From the NCBI GenBank assembly GCA_965603825.1, contig CBFDEM010000021.1:806001-870000 (forward strand): a stretch of 64,000 bases of DNA, written 5' to 3'. Each line of letters starts with the position of its first letter. The first letter of the stretch is position 1. Under the pieces are notes generated by a model. It did no database searches. It was not told the origin of the DNA and worked only from the letters and a program-made list of their open reading frames with translations. The stretch comes from Blepharisma stoltei ATCC 30299 (lineage: Eukaryota; Protista; Ciliophora). Made by a program: the position numbers and the translations under genes. This document shows, in pieces, positions 54,193-63,635 of the stretch.

Positions 54193-57100
54193 ATGGCATA
54201 CTCCAGACGTCTTCGTCAACATCTTCAGCAACTTGCTATGCTAATCATTCTATCTCATTTGTCAACTTCGATAGAAATTATAGTTGCTTATGAGGATAGT
54301 TATGGTTTAAATTACAATGGCTGGAACATTACATCTCTTCTTGAGGTCACTCAATCTCTAAGCCCTTTGGTGGACTGGCACAAGTGCAGCATCTCAAGCC
54401 TTTCAGAATGTGTAGATTATTATCCGAACTCATTAATTATCTTGGATTTATCAGAAAATTTGGATATATTTCTTATAATCTTAATGCATAAGACTATCAG
54501 TATATAGATCCAACGAAAAGTCCAATCTTAATGCTGACCTTAAATGAACCATCTTTCTAGGGTTTCATTTAGACAGCAGCTTTAAAACTTTTTGGAATAA
54601 TTTCAGCCTTTTATTTTGGCCTTCTTTATATTATATATGCTCCTATCGAAAATAAATCCTAAATTGATTGCTTGGAATAATTAATATGGAATTATGAAAA
54701 ATAAGGGCCAAATATACCAAAAAAGGTTAAAAAATAAGCCAAAACATAATAGGATATATGCCGAACAATATAAAATAGACCCAAAATAATGGGTGAGAAA
54801 AAATTGGTAATAAATATTAGGCTAAAAACTTAACTGTAGTGTCTAGATGCCATACAAAGCTGCTTTATTGATATTTACTTATTTTCTAAATATCTCTATA
54901 AATTCCCAGCAACTATTTAAGCCATTTTTATAATTATATCCATTTGGATACTCGAAACTCAATTTCCTATTTATGCAAAAGTCAAAAGTTGATTCATTTT
55001 GTATTAGGCGACGTTAAATTTTTTGATGAATGGACTTTCTCACTTATTTCTACTAAAACAGACCAAGTAAATGCACTCTTATCAGTACTAAGCTATTTAA
55101 GCTGGACTCAAGGGGTCGCTTTCAGTAATATACAAAATTTGGACATAAAAGAAAAAGTAATTAATTTTTCCTCAGAATTTAATTTTTTGACTGTTGAATC
55201 AGAATCAGGCATTGAGGAACTTGTAGATAAAGTAGTTGTTAGACAAGGTGCAAACGTTTATTGTATATTTACTAATTTATTAGAGTCGCTAGAGCTCCAA
55301 AAATGATTGCAGAATGCAAAACTTCTAACTGCTGGGAATGGAATTACTTTGGATCAAGAAAGTGGATACCAATGTAGTATTGACGGCTCTTTAATTGTGA
55401 CAGAATCTGGTCAAGAGTTAGCAGCTTCCGCTGAGGAATATCTGAAAAATTCCATATTAAATACGATTTCTTATATTTTAAGCCAAATTTCTAAAGAAAC
55501 CACACAAGATATTTTATCAGTCTTACAAAATTATCATAATACACAAAAATTTTCATTAGTCAATATCCATGATGGAGAAAGGGTCATTGTCGGATCCATA
55601 GAAAATAATATTATATCAATATCAAATAATTTGACTTTTCCTGGACAATCATATAATATTCCAAAATCAACAAGAAAAATTTTAAATTTAAGCATCAATG
55701 CTGGCTACACAAATCCTAATGCAGCACCAGCTTCAAGCGGTGTAATTGGCTCTTGGGGAGCATATTTTGCTATGGACGAGATAAATGAAGGCAATACCCT
55801 TTTGAAAAATTTTCAAATTACATTTTTTACTTTTGACTGCGGGGTTACAGTTTACGATGCAAAATTCGCTTATAATTGTTTTAATAATGATATAGACAAA
55901 TTAGGGCTTGGCCATATCTCGTCCTTTAGCTCTAGTATGACGATTGGAGCTCTACAAACATTTAAAAAGCTAAATGTGACTTTTCCTGTAGTCGGATGCT
56001 CAACTACAGAGCCTTCCCTTAACCTTACCTCAGTTTATCCTATGTTTACAAGGGTCTGATTTACTGCTTCTTATGGGACTTCTTATCTTTCTGTGTTAAT
56101 TAAAGCTATGGGATGAAAAAAAGTTGCGATTTTATACCAAAATAATTCTTGGGCGATCGCCAAATCGTGGCACTTAAACCCAGCTATTGAAAAACAAGGG
56201 CTAGAAGTAGTAAATCCTGAAAACACACGCTGGATGCCTACAGGTCTTGATAGAGAAAGTATAAGGAATTATACAGATTTGGCTCAAGGAATTATTGATT
56301 CACAAGCAAGATTGTTGATATTAAACATGGAGTCTCCAATGTGCAATTATTTTTTAGAAATGCTATACGACTTAGGAATAAGACGAGGAGATTTAGTAAT
56401 AATTGCGACATATTTAGATATGCTAACAATTATAGGAAATACTGATGATTATACATATAAAAGGCTTGAAGTCGGGATTCCTACAATAAGGCTAACTCTG
56501 CAAACTTGGGTTGGTAAAATTGGACAAAAAGTAAAAGAAAATGTGATAGCAATTCATAAACAAACACCGACTGGCTATGTGTGCTCATATTATGATGGAA
56601 CTTATCAAATTGCCTATGCTTTAGATTATATGATTAATAGAGGTCAAGACTTCACTGACCCTTATAAGCTAGAATCTTCAATAAGAATTCAGAAATTCCA
56701 AGGATGCACAGGAAGTATTACAACAGATGCAGACAGTAACGACCGCATTGCAGATGCGTGGTCTATAGAGAGCAATTTGTTAGATAGCACTGGAAATATT
56801 GATACTAAAGTTGTAGGACTATTAAAGCCTTTTTCCTCAAATATTTTGACTATTTCAGATCCTATTGTTTATTCTGACGGAACTACTACTAAGCCAAGTG
56901 ATTTAAGAAATCAAAATAATAAATGTCCATTTTCTAGCAAATTAGTTAAAACATTTGATAAAGGACGAGGGCTTTTATTTGGGATCTGTTTTTTTGTTGC
57001 TTTAGTTACTTTTGTAATCACAATTTTTATATGAAAAAAATGGTGGAATATGTCACTTGATGAGCTTAAACAAAAAGAAGAACTTTCTATACAAGACGCA

Positions 57101-58081
57101 ATAGTGGGGACATCAATAGTGGTCGAATTTTTCCAATATGCAGCTATGGGGCCAAATTTTTCAATTTTAAGCTCAATTATTGCGAAATTTTCTTATATTT
57201 TTTCACTGGATTTAGGAGATTTTATAAAGTTAGAAAATGGAATTTTTTGGATTATAGTAGAAATGGTGTTTGGTGGAATTCTTTTATGGACAATTCTGTG
57301 CGGAGTTGTTTTATTTAGACTTGACGAAAAGTGGAAATATATTACAATTTTTAAGTTTTTATCATGGCTTGCTGACTATCTTATGCCAATTCTAGGGAAT
57401 TTGTGCTTTATTCCTTTTATTTCAATATGCCTTGACGTGTTTTTGTGTGACCAATCAATAGGTGATAAATTTACAGATAGCTTTTTGGCAAGAGATTGCT
57501 ATTATTTTTGTTGGAAAGGGGAGCATTTAGTGCATGCGGTATTTTCATTTTTAGCGTTATTTCTATATGTACCTTCAGCTATTTTTTGTAGGCCTCTTTG
57601 ACAAGAATTACAGTCAATGCTCCATGTAAAATCAAGTCCAGTGTATTTAATGGTAAAAACTATTTTTCAGATTGCGATGATTGTTATGAATAAAACAATA
57701 AAAAGGTCTCAGGACATTGCTCATGGTTGTTTATTTATAGCCGTTTTGGCTATTTATACAATTTTTACATTTAAATTCAAGCCTTATAACTATGCAAGAT
57801 TCAGCTGGTGGCAAGGATTAATCTTAATTGGAGTGACATGGCTAGCTTTTATTTCTACAATTGCTATAGTGATAAATCGCGATTTAAGTGTATTGCTTGC
57901 CATTTTAATATTTGGATGGTGTATTATTGGAATTTCAGGACTGTACATTCAAAAGAAAAAATATCCTAGTTTATTATTCAGAAAAAGTGCTAAAGATACA
58001 TCAACCTTATTCAAATTTGCGTTTAATTTCAGAAAGACTTCAACCTTTTCGAAAGGAAAAATCGCTCCAGATGGACATTAA
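54193..58081 (+). CDS. R10: receptor-like paralog, subfamily D, 1134 aa after removal of the 484-bp insert; otherwise intact
   Basis: ATG 54193. The coding sequence breaks at LDLSENLD and resumes at 54951 (TRNSISYLCK), matching R8 LDLSSELDIQNSISQLC. The rest is one frame to TAA 58079-58081. Confidence 0.82.
54458..54950. mobile_element. 484-bp insert bounded by a 9-bp direct repeat ATTTGGATA: candidate IES / MITE
   Basis: ATTTGGATA at 54458-54466 and 54942-54950. Removing one copy plus the interior (484 bp) restores the frame and paralog alignment exactly. Inverted ends GGATATA(54462)...TATATCC(54941); internal inverted matches such as CATTTAGACA 54566 / TGTCTAGATG 54840. Confidence 0.8.
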
Positions 58082-58412
58082 TTTAGCAATTATAAGAAAA
58101 GTATATTCTCTATTATATAATAAAAATTAGGAGCAAATTATTCGTTTTTTAAATTCCTTTCAATAGGATTCTATATCCAAACAATAAAAAATATTTTATT
58201 TTGGATATATGAGTTCAGTCAGAGCTGCTATGCCATTAAAGAGTGTCTTTTGATTGCAGCAGTCATATAAAAATTATTACAAAATACGCTTTGATAAATA
58301 AATCTTTTTAATGTTTAAAGTGGCTAATATTGAGGATATAAAGGTTCTAAATATTTATTGAAATATTTTTATTTTATAATTTATAATCCGAAATATTAAG
58401 AAATGAGATTAG

Positions 58413-59817
58413 TTAAGCTTGGTTGAACTCAAGCTCAATGTCAACCGGGAGCTGACTAGGACTCAAGTTATTGGTTGTAATTGTGCAGCTTAATACGCCT
58501 GCAACGCAAGAGTTTAGAGTCCAGCTTGAGGTATCTATCGCTGCTCCATCATCTCGAGTCACTTTAATGCTATCTTTAGTCAAAGTTGAAACAAGCGGAT
58601 GAGCGAAATCAAGCTCAATATTTGGAGCAGAGAAACCGATCTGATACCCAACAGAATCAGTTCTACAAGTAGACCCATCTTTATCAATTGAGGTAGCGCA
58701 CTCAAAACAATCAGGAGCTTGTTGTGCAAGAACTGCAGGAGGTCAGAACAAGCTAAATAAAAATTACCAGCATGCATGATGCCACTCCAGCTTTATCATA
58801 GAGGAAATACCCTGATTTGCATTGAGTGCATACTGTAGTCGCAGTACATGTTTCACAGTCTGAAGAGCAGCCTAAGTAAAATTGCAAAGATTGTTGTCTA
58901 ACGGTTGAGGGCAAGTATTGCAAAAAGTTGCAGGATCTTTGTTGGTTGTTCCGCAAGCTTATACAGCCAGCTGAATCGCAAGAAGTGCAGGCAGCTGCTA
59001 AGCTTCAGCATTTTTGAGTAGGATGGCACCAGGAATACTGAGCAGGCCCCTGTGCAAGTCCCATACCTATTGATTTTTTGGGTACCAGAGCAATCAGTTA
59101 TGCATCAAATCCCTGGTATAAGAGGATTCTGGACATTACCAGCTGTGCTGAACCAAGAAATTTCATACAAGAAAGCTTTAACACCATAGCCAAAGCCAAC
59201 TACCCCTCCAGTTGGAGTATTAAAGTTACTTGGAGGAGTTAAAAGTTGACATAATTAGGCCCGAACGCGAAAAACATAAGTCTTTAAATTGTCCCATTTT
59301 ATCACCATAAAATTCCAGGACTCTAAGTAAAAATTACTTATTGGAACTGAGGAGAATTGATTCAATTGCTACGCATGTACTGCCAGTTTCGTCTATATAA
59401 ATCAATATTTATAAGTACCTTCAGTTGTTGATTTTGCTACATAGGAATTTTGTATTGAAGGCAGAGTTTCCAATTTTCATTACTTCTTGAACTGAGGGTT
59501 GATTGGAAATTTACCCAAAGCCCAACCGACATATGAGTATTGGTATCCACAAGGTGTGCCGGCTATGAGTCATCTCCACGAGAAGTTGTTCATATAGACT
59601 GATGAACAACTAAAAGCTGGCTCTACTGCGGAATTGACTTGAGCAGGGTCTGTGCTAGCAAAATTCGGACTACTGTCTTGTTTTACCTTGGCATCTGAGC
59701 TATCGTAAAAAGCTTTGGTAAAAATAAGGTCAAAGCACATACCTGAAGTCTTGCTGCTTTGACCATAGAGGCAAGCAAAAGGACGAGGAAAGTATTCAAT
59801 GATGGGGAATAAGCCAT
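58413..59817 (-). pseudogene. Cys-rich (furin-like repeat) secreted-protein gene with tiny introns; multiple small indels (pseudogene or low-quality consensus)
   Basis: Possible ATG at 59817; CSSDCETCTATTVCTQCKSGYFL; C-terminus DGSTCRTDSVGYQIGFSAPNIELDF...ELEFNQA* (TAA 58413-58415); 15-nt introns at 58753-58767 and 59323-59337; +2/+1/+1 indels at ~58715-58775 relative to the paralog at 63636+. Confidence 0.7.
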
Positions 59818-59898
59818 TTATAACTAAGCAGTAAGCCCGTGCATACTTTTCCTAATAAGCAAATAAAATTTATTTGTGAATTATAAGAGCATTATTTT

Positions 59899-60870
59899 AT
59901 GAATAGATATTTGAGGTAAGCCTAATATCATGCTAATAAGACAGATAAAACTCCTGCTGAAAATTTAATAGTTGAAAGCTTTATTAATTAGCTTATATAA
60001 AAAAAAATTTAAAAAGTGAAGATAAGGTGAAATGATTTGTTTTGGAAAAAGATATCAAGCTTGCCAATCTAAAATAGAAAATTCTAGATTTTGGAAGCTT
60101 TGCATTGATGAGCCATTTATTATTTCAACAAACTATCGACTTTGAAATTTAGATAGATGAAAATGGAAGGCAAAAGGAACTTCTTGTCAGAATTTATTCA
60201 ACAAAGAATATATAAAACGTCAATTAAGTTTATAGGGTAAATATAATTTAATTTTTATTATTTGAGATTACTTCTATAATTGCCCTAATAGAATGGATTT
60301 AAGTTTTGTAAATTTGCCTTTAAGGTATAGGAAAACATCATCATATTTCTGATTTTTATTTTAAAATTTTTAATAACTTTGGTATTAAAGAGTGCTTCGC
60401 ATAATTTTCCAATAAGTAGCCAATCGATTAGCGCATATTTTACTACAATATTCCGAAGAAAATTTTTTGTACAATTTTGATAATAATTTAGGCTCTGAAA
60501 TAACCCCAGTGATCTGCTAGAATAACTTAATCTAATAAATCATTACTTCTGTGCTGATTGTTGACTCGAAATTTAATCAAGACCCAATTGAGAAAGAAAA
60601 GGTATCTGGGCATGTTGGATCGCTCATGATTCATCTTCACTGAAAGTTGTTTATTAAAACAGATGAGCTGCTAAAAGCTGGTTCTGGATTGGAGCTAGAT
60701 TAAGAAGGGTACGTACTCGCAGCTTTATTTGATTGCCTAAATGAACATCACTTTTACTATAAAAAGGCTTAAAGTAGCAAAAAAAGGAAATTTATGTATA
60801 TTTTGTCCCAATTCAATGGGACCGAATAAAAGCTTTCGCTTACTATAGAGATGAGCAAAAAGATGAGGAG
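59899..60870 (+). repeat. Second copy of the A/B dispersed repeat (B ~59899-60400, A ~60510-60870)
   Basis: Same motifs as 47500-48730; lacks the ~140-bp segment present at ~48485-48625. Confidence 0.78.
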
Positions 60871-60914
60871 AGGCTAATAGAAACTATCGTTCTTACGCCA
60901 ATTTTAAGTTTTCC

Positions 60915-63635
60915 CAGAAGTTCATATAATGCCAGAAGAGTTTTATCTTCTTATAGTAAAAATAGAGAGAATCATACATTAACATTATAGGGAAAAGAAA
61001 AAGCGAAAGCAACTTGCTATTGTATTTTTTCAATTAATTAAATTCGATTAATTAAGTTTAGATTTATAAATGCTTTAAGAAATTATTTGTCGAATATTGG
61101 ATTAAAAATAACTTGGACAATGCAGGTCGCTTTATAAGAAACTTATTTGAAAAAGATTTGGCTTCAAAATAAATCTTGGAAAAATATTTGCTTATCAGAT
61201 TTAAGATAAATATTTATTAAGAAATAGGCCTTTATTGATCAGTCTTGAAATCCAAACTTTAGCGAGCAGATTTCGATAATGGAAAATATTAAAAACAAGA
61301 AATTAAAAAGACTCAAACTTTAAAGGCTAAGCAGCTTTGAAAAACTGACATCAGAACTTATTATGAAACCTTTTTTTTTAAATATTTCCAAGAAAGATGC
61401 TTTGATGGTGTTTTTATACAGCAAACCTTGAGATTAGTTAGCTTGCTTAAAGATATTTAATATCAGCAGGGAGCTGACTAGTTTTGTTATTGTAATTGTG
61501 CAACTGACTGCGCCTGCAAAGCAAGAGTTAAGAGTCTAGGCTAAGGTTTTTACTCCTAGTCAAGCTCAATATTTGGAGCAGAAAAACTGCTGATACCCAA
61601 CAGAATCAACCCTATAAGTAAACCCTTCTTGGGCTATTGAGCAGCGTTGTTGTGCAAGAACTACATCAGCCAGAGTATACTAAATAGAATTAAAAACACC
61701 CAGCTTTATCATCTCGAGTTGCATTGAGTACACTTTATACTTGATAAAAATTTAGCAAATTTTTAAACATAGCCTAAGATGATATTTCGTTAAAATAATG
61801 ACTAAATCAAATTTAATTATTAAAATTAAATTTTGTAATTAGAAAAGATTTAAAAATCAGCCCTTAAGTGCCAGGTTTTTACTTTCATATTAAATATCTT
61901 TAGATTTCGAAACTTTAACTAATTAAAATATTTTCTCAAGAATTTAGTGCTTCGTTATTTAAAACAAATTAATATAAATTGATGAAAGACTTTTAAAGAT
62001 TTTAATTAAAGCTTGTAGCAAAATAATTGAATTGAGAATATTTCCAAAAACATATAACTTAAATGGTATATAGCTCTTCATAAGTATAATGCCAAAAAAT
62101 GATTGAAGAGCTAAATACTCAGATATACTGTTATATTTAAATTCTAAGAAATGTAATTAGTCCAATTAGGGCTGATGCTGATTTTCATGTAAGTTTTTAG
62201 CTGTAACTCTTCAGCTTTCAAAATTATATCCATTTCATTTAAAGCTGCTAGAAAAAAGAGCAGCTTGTTTTTACGCTCTATTTATAGGGTTTTTGAGCTC
62301 AGCCAGAGCTGATTTTTTCTTAAAAAATTATTGTTGATTATAGCCGTAATATAAATAAATTATTACAAAATACGCTTTGATAAATGAATCTATTTAATAT
62401 TACAAAAGTTATATGTTGAGAACTATACAGAGTCTAAATATTTATTGAAATATTTTTATGTTATAATTTATAATCTGGAATATTAAGAAATAATTAGTTA
62501 ACCTTGCTTGAATGATACCTTAGTATTAGCAGGGAGCTGGCTAGCTCTCAAAATATTAGTTAGGTAATAGATTATCATTTTGCACCTAATGTTTAGCCAT
62601 TATTTCAGAAGTTCATATAATGCTTAAAGAGTTTTATCTTCTTATAGAATATTTTAAAATAGAGAGGAGATTCTATTAACATTATTGAGGAAAAAAAACC
62701 CCGCAAAAACAACTTGCTGTTGTATATTTTTAAATTCGACTAATTAATTTTAGATTTATAAATGCTTTAAGAAATTATTTGTGAATATTGGATAAAAAAT
62801 AGCTTGAATAATGCAGGTCGCTTTCTAAGAATATTGCTAAAAAAATTTAGCTTCAAAGAAAAGTATTCAGTCACTAGACAAGTATTGATGAATTTGAATT
62901 TATCTGAGAATTAAAAATGAGACTTAAAATAAATATTTATTAAGAAATAGGCTTCAATGATCAATCTTGAAATCCAATTTTTTGCCAGCAGATTTCGATA
63001 ATGAAATTATTAAAAACAAAGAAATATATGAAATTAAAAGACTCAAGCTTTAAAGGTTAAGTAGCTTTGAAAAATTAGCATCAGAATTGATTGTGAAACC
63101 TTTTTCATTCAGAATATTTCCAATGAAAATGCTTTGATGATGTTATTATACAGCAGACCTTGAGATTAGTTAGCTTGCTTAGCTTACTAGCACTCAAGTT
63201 ATTAGTTTTAATTTTATATCTGACTGTGTCTGCAATGCAAGATAAATCTAAATAGATCCTGTTTATAAATTCATAGGCATTTTTTATTTTTGCATTTCTT
63301 TTCTAAGAAACTAAGATATTATTTCATTAAAATAATGAGTCAATAAAACTTAATTATAAAAATTAATTTTTTTGTTAAAATCAGCCTTTAAATGCTGGGT
63401 TTTTTAATTTTTGAAACTTTAATTTAAAATATTTCTAAAAAAATTAGTAATAGCTCCATTTTATAGGCTTTTGAGCTAAGCCAGACCTGCTTGCCATTAA
63501 CGATCTTTTTTGATTACAGCGTGACATTAAAAAATTATTACAAAATGCAGTTTGATAAATAATCTAGAGTGATTTTATTTATTGAAATTATTTTATTTAT
63601 AATTTATAATCTGAAATATTAAGAAATGAGATTAC
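60915..63635. repeat. Diverged tandem duplication (period ~1.69 kb) carrying deleted 3' fragments of the Cys-rich gene
   Basis: CAGAAGTTCATATAATGC..AGAGTTTTATCTTCTTATAG at 60915 and 62606, with colinear matches continuing (TAGATTTATAAATGCTTTAAGAAATTATTT; AGCAGATTTCGATAATG; CCTTGAGATTAGTTAGCTTGCTTA). Gene fragments at ~61428-61735, ~62495-62560 and ~63160-63240. 3'-flank motif AAATTATTACAAAAT..TTTGATAAAT at ~58271, ~62357 and ~63532. Confidence 0.8.

Noticed and set aside
54467-54950. 484-bp insert as an intron
   Set aside because: No register within the direct repeat gives GT...AG ends, and introns here are 15 nt.
1-58081. TGA as selenocysteine, programmed readthrough, or mass pseudogenisation
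   Set aside because: TGA aligns with TGG/Trp in paralogs at many sites and not with Cys; reading frames are otherwise preserved.
10014-58081. Mycoplasma-like bacterium or mitochondrial DNA (also UGA=Trp)
   Set aside because: Spliceosomal GT-AG introns, eukaryotic domain content (kelch, REJ/GPS, furin-like) and long intergenic spacers.
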